A stretch of 64,000 nucleotides of DNA from an uncultured Gammaproteobacteria bacterium (GCA_964654485.1 CAZZJI010000007.1:3276-67275), one strand, 5' to 3'. Numbered from the stretch's first letter, positions 48,582 through 58,854 are shown. Numbers and translations: made by a program. The notes: generated by a model not told the origin, from the sequence alone.

Positions 48582-48860
48582 ATGACATATATGATCAATG
48601 CCCGGCTGGAGCGAGGAGTCCCTTCGCTGACACTAATTGATGCGATGACAGGCGAAGAACGTCTTCATTGGTATGGTGATAACGTCGTTAAAGGCGAGCG
48701 TGACTGGCAGGGTCTGTTTAAGCGGTTGATACTGCTTTCTTGTGCTGACCGGCTCAGTTTGGTTCAGCGTGCAAAATCACCCGTTTTTGGTGACGAGTGC
48801 TTCGAATGCAGTACGTGCGTTGACCAAGGTGCACCAACAGAAACGCAAACGCACATATGA
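48582..48860 (+). CDS. Hypothetical small protein, probably iron (Fur) regulated
   Basis: 92 aa. Strong RBS aaggag 7 nt upstream of the ATG. Contains CFECSTC. No family recognised. Confidence 0.55.
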   Translation: MTYMINARLERGVPSLTLIDAMTGEERLHWYGDNVVKGERDWQGLFKRLILLSCADRLSLVQRAKSPVFGDECFECSTCVDQGAPTETQTHI

Positions 48861-49077
48861 TTACAGAGATGAATAACACTGATGTTAAAAACAGTGTTGT
48901 CTCGTTACTAAAGTTGTGAAAAAAGTTGTGAAAAATGTGAATAAGCCGGAAGTTTCCTCCCCCATGGCTGCGGGGGTATCACAAACAGATGATGTGCCTC
49001 TATTGTACGGCGTATAACAAGTTATCAAATCGTCCACCTATAAAGCTCGATCTAACTAACTCCCAGGTGGCGAACCA

Positions 49078-49812
49078 TCAAATGGGTGTTCGCCGCCTTA
49101 ATTCACGTTCCAGTGATGTCACAAATCGGTTTATCGATCGCTGGTCAAGCGCGTTTACGTTCTCGTTGCGCAAACCTAGATAACCCAGTCCACCTTTCTT
49201 GCTGTGAACAACGTGCCGCACTTCGGTACTGAACAGGATCATTCCCTCATCGGGCAATTCAAGTTCGCATCTTGGTATCAATAATCCATTTTCTACAAAG
49301 TTTGGAAATGTAGTCGAAAAGCGTACACACATTCCGCCTGTAGAGATGTTATCTAATTCGCCTTCTAATATTTCGTCTGATTCACATGTCAAAATAATGG
49401 GAATAGATAAAGAACGTATTACCTGCACGCGATACGATGAACGTCTTTGATAGTATTTTATATGTTGTGGAAACGAAAGCGTGTAGAACGGTATCCCAGA
49501 TTTTTCATCGACATCGGTTAATAGACATTGAAAACTTAAGTCAATACCTTCGAGACCAGCAAATATGATTAGTTTGCCTTTATCCAATAATTTGTTATGG
49601 CCGTGTTCCGGATGTAGCTGATCGACTAAAATTTGGCTCTTCTCGTTGTCAATTGAGATTATCACGCTATTGAAGATACTATCATCACCAGAAATTGCGG
49701 CCGACAACAGCGTGCGATTGTCCAGTATTCTCTTTAAATAAAGTTTAATCTGAATCGAATCAGAAATGACTTCATACTGTTGCTGTTTTTTAATATCTGG
49801 CGTTTCTGTCAT
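49078..49812 (-). CDS. ycgR: Flagellar brake protein YcgR-like (PilZ domain, c-di-GMP binding)
   Basis: PilZ motifs RRSSYR and DNISTGG. The ATG at 49812 gives 244 aa. A TTG at 49875 overlapping the flgN stop is the alternative start. Confidence 0.8.
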   Translation of the reverse strand: MTETPDIKKQQQYEVISDSIQIKLYLKRILDNRTLLSAAISGDDSIFNSVIISIDNEKSQILVDQLHPEHGHNKLLDKGKLIIFAGLEGIDLSFQCLLTDVDEKSGIPFYTLSFPQHIKYYQRRSSYRVQVIRSLSIPIILTCESDEILEGELDNISTGGMCVRFSTTFPNFVENGLLIPRCELELPDEGMILFSTEVRHVVHSKKGGLGYLGLRNENVNALDQRSINRFVTSLERELRRRTPI

Positions 49813-49871
49813 GTATAGAGAAAAATGTAAGATCGTTATGTGTAGAGGTCGTTGACTATAGACCGCATTTT

Positions 49872-50363
49872 TCAAACACGGCCGAGAGTTTGGGTTTGAA
49901 TTCCTTTCGTGGATTTACCAGATAAATCGTAAACATTGGATTCGCCTGTAGTTTGACCGCGAAGGATATTAATTATTTTTTCAATATTATTGTGACTCGT
50001 TGATATAACTTGACTATTAATAATATTTTGATCATAGCACTGAGTGGCAATGTATTTAAGTTTGTCGAGCAATAGTGTCAAATTGTCTTTTTCTTTTGGG
50101 TTACAACGTGTTAATAGTTCAGAAATGCCTTGTTTGTCCATCGACAATCCGTGCAATTTAAGAAGTTCTATAAGTTTTTTTTCTGTTGATTCGACCTCAT
50201 CGATTAATTTTTGTTTTTTCGTAATTGCAGCTTCAAACTCCTGCAAATTATTGTTTGAAAGTGCAGCTTGCTCATTTTTCATAGTATCCAACAGCGTCGT
50301 TGAAAGTGAAATTTCATGCTCGAATAAACTGATTATATCCTTCAGAGAGTCCGTTAAACTCAT
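49872..50363 (-). CDS. flgN: Flagellar export chaperone FlgN-like
   Basis: 163 aa helical protein immediately after flgM. Start abuts the flgM stop. Confidence 0.75.
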   Translation of the reverse strand: MSLTDSLKDIISLFEHEISLSTTLLDTMKNEQAALSNNNLQEFEAAITKKQKLIDEVESTEKKLIELLKLHGLSMDKQGISELLTRCNPKEKDNLTLLLDKLKYIATQCYDQNIINSQVISTSHNNIEKIINILRGQTTGESNVYDLSGKSTKGIQTQTLGRV

Positions 50364-50705
50364 TTATTTCGCCTCGTTTACCTTGCTTGCTCCGATAAGA
50401 AGCTGACGTTCAAACTCAATAAATTTTTCAGCTGTGCGAGTCGAATCAAGCTTAAAATTTCCTTGTTCGATAAGGTTCTTAATACCTTCGACCCGTTGTG
50501 TATCGACGACGGGAAAAACAGACAGGCCGCTTTCCAATTTTTGCAATTTCGAAGCAATATCTGTTAATGTGACAGTGTCAGATGTGTTATTTGCTCCGGT
50601 TTGTTGTTGTGGCACAGTTGGTTCAGCACGCGTAACTTTAACTTCTGAACTTTGCGTTGTTTTTTGCTGGTCTGTTACCGACAAGCCTGTTAGTTCTATA
50701 GGCAT
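50364..50705 (-). CDS. flgM: Anti-sigma-28 factor FlgM
   Basis: MPIELTG... C-terminal VDTQRVEGIKNLIEQGNFKLDSTRTAEKFIEFE is the typical FlgM sigma-28 binding region. Confidence 0.85.
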   Translation of the reverse strand: MPIELTGLSVTDQQKTTQSSEVKVTRAEPTVPQQQTGANNTSDTVTLTDIASKLQKLESGLSVFPVVDTQRVEGIKNLIEQGNFKLDSTRTAEKFIEFERQLLIGASKVNEAK

Positions 50706-50744
50706 AAATATTGCTCCATATAAATACAATCGTGCTCACTTTCT

Positions 50745-50771
50745 ATATCGGACCCAAAAATCAGAACTTTA
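50745..50771 (-). promoter_or_regulatory. Sigma-28 (FliA) promoter for flgM-flgN
   Basis: Minus strand TAAAGTTC - 11 nt - TCCGATAT, against consensus TAAAGTTT-N11-GCCGATAA. About 40 nt upstream of the flgM ATG. Confidence 0.75.
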
Positions 50772-50796
50772 GACTGCAGTCAAAGTAAAAATTTCT

Positions 50797-51537
50797 TTAC
50801 ATTCTTACATTTACAGTGCCTCTGCCCGTCACAATTGCTTCCAGTACTTTTTTTGACGTTTTATTTTTTACCTTGATCTTTTGTTTTGCACTACCATCCA
50901 TTAATGCTTCACCCGTCACTCTTACTTGAAACCCGTTGGATTTCACTATAATGGCAACCTCTTCACCTCGCAAAACCAAGTTTGGAGATTTGATGGATTT
51001 AGGTGTAAAAATATGGCCCGCCGGTAATGCACGTTTTGCAATTTTTCCGATTAGCACCTTTTTTTGTATAAAATAACCATTATTAAGGGAGGAAATTTCT
51101 TTTTCAATGAACTGGATGTTTTCAGAATTTATTTCTTCTCCACGCGACAATGGGTGGCTACTGACGGCTACTTGTTTAAAAATTTTCACATTGGCCGGAA
51201 CATAAAAAGTCCATTCTTTGGGTGAAGAGCAACGTACTCCCACGGTTGTGTTGCCGTTGTTTTTACTTCCTGGAAGAAAAAATGTCTCTAATTCGCTAGT
51301 ACATGCGACTAAACGCAGTCGTTTATCGATTTTTCCTATTGAGATCTTATGCTTGAACGAAGAAACATGTTGTTCTTTGAGATAGTTTTCTACCGCTGAT
51401 TTAATGGAGTTCAGATTTTGATATGTCGTTGCAAATACGTTCTGCGTTGCTGGAATCGCGAATGAGACCAATAAAGCCAACTGTAAACAAAATCGACACA
51501 ATTGATTGATCGATTGTAATTCTTTTATTTGTTTCAT
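50797..51537 (-). CDS. flgA: Flagellar basal-body P-ring formation chaperone FlgA
   Basis: ATG at 51537 preceded by caggag. Signal peptide. C-terminal SAF-like region. Position next to flgM. Confidence 0.8.
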   Translation of the reverse strand: MKQIKELQSINQLCRFCLQLALLVSFAIPATQNVFATTYQNLNSIKSAVENYLKEQHVSSFKHKISIGKIDKRLRLVACTSELETFFLPGSKNNGNTTVGVRCSSPKEWTFYVPANVKIFKQVAVSSHPLSRGEEINSENIQFIEKEISSLNNGYFIQKKVLIGKIAKRALPAGHIFTPKSIKSPNLVLRGEEVAIIVKSNGFQVRVTGEALMDGSAKQKIKVKNKTSKKVLEAIVTGRGTVNVRM

Positions 51538-51654
51538 TGAAGCCGACTCCTGATGTAAATTCAATTAGATATGTCTATTTATTACCTATCTATTTATTGC
51601 CTATCTATTATTAAAAAAATGCTGCAGTATTTATGCCATTCAAATATTTCTTTT

Positions 51655-51682
51655 TAAAGGTATTATCGAGTTGAGACGATAA
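51655..51682 (+). promoter_or_regulatory. Candidate sigma-28-type promoter upstream of cheV
   Basis: TAAAGGTA - 12 nt - GACGATAA. The spacer is 1 nt longer than consensus. Confidence 0.4.
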
Positions 51683-51730
51683 CAAATGTAATGCAATCAG
51701 TAATTTTCACATAATCAGGATGGCTGAATA

Positions 51731-52675
51731 ATGGCGAATATGCTCGATGGTGTTAACCAACGAACGCAATTAGTTGGTAAAAACCGGCTTGAATTATTAT
51801 TATTTCACTTAGATGGTCCACAAATTTATGGAATAAATGTTTTCAAAATAAAAGAAGTTATTCAATGTCCACCCTTGTCTCACATACCGAATTCTCATCC
51901 CCTGGTATCAGGTGTGGCGACATTACGCGAAAAAACCGTGAGCATTATTGATCTGGGCAAAGCGATTGGCATATCGCCCGTACAGCATATGGAAAAAAGC
52001 TTTGTTATTGTGACCGAGTATAATCGTTCTGTACAAGGCTTTGTTGTTCAATCGGTAAGCCGTATTGTCAATTTACACTGGGAAGACATACTTTCCGCAC
52101 CTGTTGGTGTCGGTAAAAATAATTACTTAACAGCAATAACGGAATTTGATGATAAATTGATTGAAATTATCGATGTTGAAAAAGTATTGTCAATAGTGGT
52201 AGGCGATAGAGATAAGGTGTCAAATGATACCAATGAAAAAATAAAAGACTTTAATGTTTCGGCGCATATTTTGGTAGCTGATGATTCAAGTGTGGCACGC
52301 AAGCAAATAGCGCGTACTTTGGAAACGCTGAATGTAAAATGTACATTGGCAAGCGATGGAAAAGAGGCGCTGGATATACTTACTAAAATAAAAGAATCGG
52401 GTGAACATGTGACAGATCATTTTGATATGGTCATCACAGATATTGAAATGCCTCAAATGGACGGTTATACGCTGACCTCCAATATCAAAAATGACCCGGA
52501 AATGCAGGATATGTATGTTTTGCTACATACATCGTTAAGCGGTGTATTTAATCAGTCCATGGTTAAAAAAGTAGGCGCAAATGCTTTCGTTGCTAAATTT
52601 GATCAAGATGAATTGACTAATGCCCTTATGGAGTGGCTAGAGAAGGCAGACCGCAGCAAAACACAAGTTGTCTGA
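51731..52675 (+). CDS. cheV: Chemotaxis protein CheV (CheW-like domain + receiver domain)
   Basis: 314 aa. N-terminal CheW-like region. C-terminal REC (LVADDSSVARKQI, DMVITDIEMPQMDG, K in VAKF). Confidence 0.9.
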   Translation: MANMLDGVNQRTQLVGKNRLELLLFHLDGPQIYGINVFKIKEVIQCPPLSHIPNSHPLVSGVATLREKTVSIIDLGKAIGISPVQHMEKSFVIVTEYNRSVQGFVVQSVSRIVNLHWEDILSAPVGVGKNNYLTAITEFDDKLIEIIDVEKVLSIVVGDRDKVSNDTNEKIKDFNVSAHILVADDSSVARKQIARTLETLNVKCTLASDGKEALDILTKIKESGEHVTDHFDMVITDIEMPQMDGYTLTSNIKNDPEMQDMYVLLHTSLSGVFNQSMVKKVGANAFVAKFDQDELTNALMEWLEKADRSKTQVV

Positions 52676-53520
52676 TTTTGACAGATACACCGCTATCAAC
52701 CCTATCTGCAGAAGAGTATTCTTCTTTCGAGGATTTTCTTGAAAAAGCCACGGGTATAGTGTTAGGTAAAAATAAAGAATTTTTGGTTGTTAGCCGTCTT
52801 AAAAAACTGGCGTTATGTGAAAATATAAAAAATTATAGCGATCTGTTAGTAGCGGCAAATTGCGATAGGAGACTCAGGGAAAGAATTATTGGCGCCATGA
52901 CAACAAATGAAACATCCTGGTACCGAGACAAAAAAATATTTTATTGTCTTGAGAATAATATACTTCCAGAATTGATGAAAAATAAAAATAGTAATTTAAA
53001 AATCTGGTCTACTGCCTGTTCAACCGGTCAGGAACCTTATTCTGTCAGTATGAGCATTGAAAATTGTATTAAGCGATATCCGGCTGTCAACAAACACTTT
53101 GAAATAGTCGGTACGGACATTTCAAAAGAAGCATTAGAAATAGCCAGGGCAGGTCGTTATGATGAAATTGTTACCGCAAGAGGACTTTCAGAACTAAGCA
53201 AAAAACAATATTTTAATGAGAAAGGCATTCATTGGGAAATAACGGATAAAATTAAAAATCGCGTCAAATTTGAGTCAATAAATTTGAAGAACAGCTTTTT
53301 ATCTCTGGGTAAGTTCGATGTTATTTTTTGTCGTAATGTGTTGATTTATTTTTCACCCCGCTTAAAAGAAGATGTGTTAAAAAGAATGACAAAACAAATT
53401 AACCCGGGTGGTTATTTGATCTTGGGGGGGGCGGAAACAATGGCAAATTATACCGATTCATTTGAAATGCACAATGTTGATTCTGTTGTATATTACAAAC
53501 TCAAAGATTGCGTTTCTTAG
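52633..53520 (+). CDS. cheR: Chemotaxis protein methyltransferase CheR (start uncertain; TTG at 52678 avoids the overlap with cheV)
   Basis: CheR N-terminal helical domain then SAM-binding region (IWSTACSTGQEPYS, FDVIFCRNVLIYF). Confidence 0.85.
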   Translation: MAREGRPQQNTSCLILTDTPLSTLSAEEYSSFEDFLEKATGIVLGKNKEFLVVSRLKKLALCENIKNYSDLLVAANCDRRLRERIIGAMTTNETSWYRDKKIFYCLENNILPELMKNKNSNLKIWSTACSTGQEPYSVSMSIENCIKRYPAVNKHFEIVGTDISKEALEIARAGRYDEIVTARGLSELSKKQYFNEKGIHWEITDKIKNRVKFESINLKNSFLSLGKFDVIFCRNVLIYFSPRLKEDVLKRMTKQINPGGYLILGGAETMANYTDSFEMHNVDSVVYYKLKDCVS

Positions 53521-53645
53521 TTTAATTCCTACCATGAATATAATTGCCGCACGATAGGAAAATTCTTGCCTGTCTGTATCACACTCTATATCCCCATTGC
53601 CCCTATATATTTCTTAACTATTTGTTAAACATACTATAATCAGGG

Positions 53646-53661
53646 ATGGCACGAATTTTGC
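53646..53661 (+). promoter_or_regulatory. Sigma-54 promoter for the flgB operon
   Basis: TGGCACgaattTTGCc, exact -24/-12 elements with canonical spacing. About 50 nt upstream of the flgB ATG. Confidence 0.8.
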
Positions 53662-53711
53662 CATTGGTTTGGTAAATGAATTGTGTCCACTGTTAAAAAC
53701 AGGAAATAAAT

Positions 53712-54113
53712 ATGCGTTTTGATTTAGATGCTGCATTTGGAGTTCACGAAAAAGCGTTAATGCTGAGGTCACAGCGTGCACAGGTATTGGCGGAAAATTT
53801 GGCAAACGCGGATACGCCAAATTATAAAGCGAAGGATATCGATTTCAAATCAGCGTTGGATGCAGTAAAGGGTGAATATACTGCGGGTAAAATGACGTCA
53901 ACCAATTCGCAGCATTTTGGAGCAAACAACACAGCTTCATTTTCCGGTGAATTAATTGACCGTCAATCCAGTCAGCCGAGTATGGACGGGAATACTGTGG
54001 ATAGCCAGGTTGAACAAAGTGCATTTTTACGTAACGCATTAGAATATCAGGTCAGTCTACGATTACTGAGTGGAAAGATCAAAGGCCTGATGACAGCAAT
54101 TAAAGGTGAATAA
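53712..54113 (+). CDS. flgB: Flagellar basal-body rod protein FlgB
   Basis: 133 aa. N-terminal LAENLANADTPNYK rod motif. First gene of the flgB-L block. Confidence 0.9.
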   Translation: MRFDLDAAFGVHEKALMLRSQRAQVLAENLANADTPNYKAKDIDFKSALDAVKGEYTAGKMTSTNSQHFGANNTASFSGELIDRQSSQPSMDGNTVDSQVEQSAFLRNALEYQVSLRLLSGKIKGLMTAIKGE

Positions 54114-54115
54114 CG

Positions 54116-54532
54116 ATGTCGCTATTTAATATATTTGATATAGCCGGTTCCGGCATGAGTGCGCAAGCAATACGTTTGAATACGACTGCAAGTAACATGG
54201 CGAATGCGGATACCGCAGGTGGCTCAATTGCAGATACATACAAGGCGCGGCAACCTGTATTTTCAGCCATGTTGAATGATGCATTCAATGAAAACGATAC
54301 GGGGGTTGGTGTACAAGTGCTGAAAATTATGGAAAGTACAACAGCGCTTGAAAAAAAATATGATCCAGGTAATCCAATTGCAAATGACGAGGGTTATGTA
54401 TTTATGCCAAATGTGAATATGGTGGATGAAATGGCAAACATGATTTCGGCTTCTCGTTCCTATCAAAGTAACGTCGAAGTGATCAATACTTCGAAACAGA
54501 TGTTACTTAGAACGTTATCGCTAGGAGAATAA
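54116..54532 (+). CDS. flgC: Flagellar basal-body rod protein FlgC
   Basis: 138 aa. SNMANADT motif. C-terminal SRSYQSNVEVINTSKQMLLRTL. Confidence 0.95.
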   Translation: MSLFNIFDIAGSGMSAQAIRLNTTASNMANADTAGGSIADTYKARQPVFSAMLNDAFNENDTGVGVQVLKIMESTTALEKKYDPGNPIANDEGYVFMPNVNMVDEMANMISASRSYQSNVEVINTSKQMLLRTLSLGE

Positions 54533-54534
54533 GC

Positions 54535-55212
54535 GTGAACAACATAGACACTAATATCAGTACCCTGATTAACGATCTTGGCCTCGGCGCTAACAGAGCT
54601 GACACGAAGAAAGATGATTTTGGGCAACAGGAATTTTTAACCTTAATGCTTGCGCAGTTGCAAAATCAAAGTCCACTTGAACCCATTCAAAATGGGGAAT
54701 TTTTAACACAAATGGCGCAATTCAATTCTGCGGCAGGCATGCAGGATTTAAATAACTCTTTTGCCGATGTATCTGCCACGTTGCAATCCAATCAAGCACT
54801 GCAAGCGTCCAGTTTAGTGGGACGTTCAGTACTAATTAAGTCCAATGAAGGGTATTTAGCAACGGGTCAAAGTTTAAATGGTGTGGTTGAGTTACCAGCA
54901 GGCGTTGGCAATATGACGATCAATATTTTGGGTCAAAATGGCGAATTAATTCGGCAAATAGAAATGGGCCAGCAAGCCGCTGGTGAGGTTAGTTTTGCAT
55001 GGGATGGCCTAGGTGATGATGGCGAGGCACAACCTGAAGGAAATTATATTATTGCGGCTGAGGTACAAGCAGATGGGGAAGCATACAGTTTGGATACGTT
55101 TGTTAAAACATCAATCGAAAGTGTCACGATTGGTCAGGGCGGGCAGGGTTTGGTATTAAATCTCTCTGATTTGGGTCCAATAAAATTAGACCAAATTCGC
55201 AAAATTCTTTAA
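54535..55212 (+). CDS. flgD: Flagellar hook assembly (capping) protein FlgD
   Basis: 225 aa, GTG start. FLTLMLAQLQNQSPLEP motif. Confidence 0.9.
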   Translation: MNNIDTNISTLINDLGLGANRADTKKDDFGQQEFLTLMLAQLQNQSPLEPIQNGEFLTQMAQFNSAAGMQDLNNSFADVSATLQSNQALQASSLVGRSVLIKSNEGYLATGQSLNGVVELPAGVGNMTINILGQNGELIRQIEMGQQAAGEVSFAWDGLGDDGEAQPEGNYIIAAEVQADGEAYSLDTFVKTSIESVTIGQGGQGLVLNLSDLGPIKLDQIRKIL

Positions 55213-55242
55213 TCCTAAATTTATAGATGTAGGAGAAAATTT

Positions 55243-56505
55243 ATGGCTTTTAGCACAGCATTAAGTGGTTTAAACGCAGCACAAGCTGATCTAAACGTAA
55301 CAGGCAATAATATCGCGAATGCCAATACCACAGGTTTTAAACAGTCCAGACCAGAGTTTGTTGATGTATTTGCGGCTTCATTTTCCGGTGTTGGCAGTAC
55401 CGCAGTAGGTAGCGGTGTACGTGTCTCTGCTGTAACTCAAGAGTTTAGTCAGGGTAATATTGAATTTACTTCGAGCAATCTGGACATGGCGATCAGTGGG
55501 GATGGTTTTTTCGTTCTTAGTGATGCAGGTACACTCACCTACAGTCGCGCCGGTGCATTTCATGCAGATTCGTCCGGGTATGTAGTTAATAACCAGAATA
55601 AACGCCTGCAAATTTACCCCCCTGTCGCAGGTGGTGGGTTTAATACGGGTGTAATGAACGACCTGCAGTTGAATACAACTGCCGGTGCGCCGAACGCAAC
55701 AACATTGATCAACGCGGGATTAAATTTAAATGCGGCGGATGCAGAAATTACAACGCCGCCATCACCTGCATTTAATATCACCGATCCAAGTTCATTTAAC
55801 AACTCGACTTCCGTGGTCGTCTACGATTCGTTAGGAACGGCGCATAATGCAACCATGTATTTTCGAAAGGTGCCGCTTGCAGCAGTGCCTCCAGTGGGTA
55901 CCACTGCAAATTGGGAAGCGCGTCTTTTTATTGGTGCTGAAGAAATTAATGCCGGTGGCGCATCACCGCAAATGCTTAATTTTAACGCGAATGGTTCGTT
56001 AGTAAATTCACCCCCTAGTATTAATTACGATGCGACTGCAACAATTGCAACAGGTGCAGCGCAAATAAATCTGGACATTGATTATTCTTTGCTAACTCAA
56101 TTCGGTAGCCCCTTTTCTGTTAGTTCCCTATCTCAAGATGGATTTACCACTGGTCAGTTATCGGGTATCGATATTGATGACCAAGGTGTTGTCTTTGCTC
56201 GATTTACCAATGGGCAATCAAATACGCTGGGTGAATTAGCACTCGCCAGATTCAATAATAATCAGGGCTTGCAGCCGCAAGGTGATACAGAATGGGCCGA
56301 GACGTTTTCATCTGGTCCGCAAATACTGGGCGAGGCCAGTGTTGGCACATTTGGCTTAATACAATCTGGTGCACTTGAAGCATCGAATGTTGATATAGCT
56401 GAACAGTTGGTGAAATTGATTACCGCGCAACGAAATTATCAGGCAAATGCGGAAGTGATTTCAACTGAAGATACCATTGCACAGACAATTATTAACCTTA
56501 GGTAG
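55243..56505 (+). CDS. flgE: Flagellar hook protein FlgE
   Basis: 420 aa. N-terminal MAFSTALSGLNAAQADLNVTGNNIANANTTGFK. C-terminal LITAQRNYQANAEVIST. Confidence 0.95.
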   Translation: MAFSTALSGLNAAQADLNVTGNNIANANTTGFKQSRPEFVDVFAASFSGVGSTAVGSGVRVSAVTQEFSQGNIEFTSSNLDMAISGDGFFVLSDAGTLTYSRAGAFHADSSGYVVNNQNKRLQIYPPVAGGGFNTGVMNDLQLNTTAGAPNATTLINAGLNLNAADAEITTPPSPAFNITDPSSFNNSTSVVVYDSLGTAHNATMYFRKVPLAAVPPVGTTANWEARLFIGAEEINAGGASPQMLNFNANGSLVNSPPSINYDATATIATGAAQINLDIDYSLLTQFGSPFSVSSLSQDGFTTGQLSGIDIDDQGVVFARFTNGQSNTLGELALARFNNNQGLQPQGDTEWAETFSSGPQILGEASVGTFGLIQSGALEASNVDIAEQLVKLITAQRNYQANAEVISTEDTIAQTIINLR

Positions 56506-56572
56506 TGGAGTACAGGTACAAGATAGAAGGGTTGGTAATAGATAAAAAATATAAGCGTTAAGGAAATTATTT

Positions 56573-57313
56573 ATGGATCGTATGCTTTATATCGCAATGA
56601 CAGGTGCAAAACAAACCATGTATGCACAGTCAGTGAATAGTAATAATCTGGCGAATGCCAGCACCACTGGTTTTCGTGCAGATCTGAATACTTATCTTAG
56701 TGTTCCGATAGCTGGAGAGGGATACCCATCCAGAATTAATACGGTTACACAGACAATGGAAACTGATTTTACGCCTGGGTCGATTAATGCAACCGGGCGC
56801 GAACTGGATATGGCGGTAAAAGGAGAAGGCTGGATTGCAGTACAGGCTAAAGATGGTAGTGAGGCCTATACACGCGCAGGCGATTTGCGTATTGCAACCG
56901 GTGGATTATTAACAAACGGTGCGGGTCATCCTGTGATAGGCAATGGTGGACCGATCGTTATCCCACCTGCAGAAAAACTGGAAATTGGTGTTGATGGAAC
57001 CATTTCGATTCGACCTGTCGGTCAGGCTGCATCAGTACTTGTTACGGTGGATAGAATAAAGCTGGTAAATCCCGGTTTTGATCAGATAGCGAAGGGTGCG
57101 GACGGTTTAATGCGTACCAAAAACGGGTTGCCGGCAGCGCCAGATGTGAATACGACGCTGGTATCCGGTGCGCTTGAAACCAGTAATGTGAATACAATCG
57201 ATGCATTGGTCAAGCAGATTGCGCTTGCCCGTCAGTTTGAAGTTCAGGTCAAAGCAATGAGCACGGTTGATGAGAACGCGCAAATGACAACGCAAATGAT
57301 GAGAATTAACTAA
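56573..57313 (+). CDS. flgF: Flagellar basal-body rod protein FlgF
   Basis: 246 aa. NNLANASTTGFR motif. C-terminal LETSNVN...ARQFEVQVK. Confidence 0.9.
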   Translation: MDRMLYIAMTGAKQTMYAQSVNSNNLANASTTGFRADLNTYLSVPIAGEGYPSRINTVTQTMETDFTPGSINATGRELDMAVKGEGWIAVQAKDGSEAYTRAGDLRIATGGLLTNGAGHPVIGNGGPIVIPPAEKLEIGVDGTISIRPVGQAASVLVTVDRIKLVNPGFDQIAKGADGLMRTKNGLPAAPDVNTTLVSGALETSNVNTIDALVKQIALARQFEVQVKAMSTVDENAQMTTQMMRIN

Positions 57314-57331
57314 TAGCTAGAGGTATTAATA

Positions 57332-58117
57332 ATGTATGCAGCACTGTGGGTGGCTAAAACGGGTTTAGACGCACAACAAACCCGTTTAGCAGTAATCAGT
57401 AATAATTTGGCGAATGTCAATACGACGGGTTTCAAACGTGGCAGAGCAGTATTTGAAGATTTATTATATCAAAATGTACGGCAAGTTGGCGCACAAGCAA
57501 CACAAGATACGCAGCTACCTTCTGGTTTGTCCCTTGGTACCGGTGTGCGCGTTGTCGCGACTGAAAAAATGCATACTCAGGGCAATATAGTTCAAACAGA
57601 TAAATCGTTGGATGTCGCAGTGCAGGGACGCGGTTTTTTGCAAGTACTATTACCCAACGGTGATCTTGCCTATACCCGCGACGGATCAATGCAAGTAAAT
57701 GCCAACGGCGAAATAGTCACAGCACAAGGATACAGACTACAACCTGCTGTTACAGTACCCAATAATGCACGCAGTATAACAATTGGTTCGGATGGCATTA
57801 TCTCCATTCTTACACCGGGGGCGTCTGGTCCGTCACAAATTGGTGATATACAACTTGCTGACTTTATAAATCCGACTGGTTTGCAGTCAGTAGGTGAAAA
57901 TTTATATATTCAAAGTGGATCCAGCGGTACGCCACAAGTGGGCACACCCGGTCTTAACGGTTTAGGTACTATGATTCAAGGCTCACTGGAAACATCGAAT
58001 GTTAATGTGGTGGAAGAACTGGTAAATATGATTGAAACGCAACGCGCCTATGAATTAAATTCAAAGGCGATTTCTACCAGCGATCAAATGCTGCAATACA
58101 TAAGTCAAAACTTATAA
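57332..58117 (+). CDS. flgG: Flagellar distal rod protein FlgG
   Basis: 261 aa. [16 protein letters not shown]-terminal [23 protein letters not shown]. Confidence 0.95.
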   Translation: MYAALWVAKTGLDAQQTRLAVISNNLANVNTTGFKRGRAVFEDLLYQNVRQVGAQATQDTQLPSGLSLGTGVRVVATEKMHTQGNIVQTDKSLDVAVQGRGFLQVLLPNGDLAYTRDGSMQVNANGEIVTAQGYRLQPAVTVPNNARSITIGSDGIISILTPGASGPSQIGDIQLADFINPTGLQSVGENLYIQSGSSGTPQVGTPGLNGLGTMIQGSLETSNVNVVEELVNMIETQRAYELNSKAISTSDQMLQYISQNL

Positions 58118-58148
58118 TCAAGGGCTGTAACACAATATCAAGGTCGTT

Positions 58149-58853
58149 ATGAATCAATTTATAAACCCGTTTACAAAGCTGTTTGCAAAACAAGTAATAA
58201 TCGTTTTTTGTATTTCAATGCTGGGGGCGTGTGGATATATTCCCCCTTCGCCAGATCCCGAATTTTCCAGTGTCAGACCCGTTTCTTCAAAGCCGTTGCC
58301 GATTAATGATGGCGCTATCTACAAAGCCGGGTATGATATTTTATTATTTGAAGACCTCAAAGCGAGAAGAGTAGGTGACATTATTACTGTTATCTTGTCT
58401 GAGCAGACCAATGCCAGTAAGAGAGCTTCCACCTCTACTGCAAAAGAAAGCACTGTCGATTTTTCCGCACCGACTTTGTTGGGACGCGGTGTCACCCGAA
58501 ACGGTGCAGCTATTCTAGAAAACGCACTGGATGCAAACAGAGGCTTCTCTGGCGAAGCAGACAGTACTCAAAGTAATAGTTTAAGCGGAAATATTGCGGT
58601 AACTATTGTTGAGGTATTTTCAAATGGTAACTTAATGATCCGAGGTGAAAAATTGCTAACCCTGAATCAGGGAAGTGAACGTATTCAATTTTCGGGCATT
58701 ATTCGCGCCGCGGATGTTAGCACTGATAACACCGTGCTGTCTACTCAGGTGGCTAATGCACGCATTAAATATGCAGGTGAAGGTGTATTAGCGGATGCAA
58801 ACAATCCCGGATGGTTAACACGTTTCTTTAATAGCGGATTGTGGCCTTTCTAA
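58149..58853 (+). CDS. flgH: Flagellar L-ring lipoprotein FlgH
   Basis: 234 aa. Lipobox MLGAC. Conserved [12 protein letters not shown] and GNLMIRGEK segments. Confidence 0.95.
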   Translation: MNQFINPFTKLFAKQVIIVFCISMLGACGYIPPSPDPEFSSVRPVSSKPLPINDGAIYKAGYDILLFEDLKARRVGDIITVILSEQTNASKRASTSTAKESTVDFSAPTLLGRGVTRNGAAILENALDANRGFSGEADSTQSNSLSGNIAVTIVEVFSNGNLMIRGEKLLTLNQGSERIQFSGIIRAADVSTDNTVLSTQVANARIKYAGEGVLADANNPGWLTRFFNSGLWPF

Positions 58854-58854
58854 T

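Noticed and set aside
48912-48941. Tandem agttgtgaaaaa x2 plus a partial third unit, downstream of the 92-aa ORF.
   Set aside because: Only two 12-nt units, with no spacers. Too short to be a CRISPR array or a meaningful satellite; probably slippage in an A-rich terminator region.
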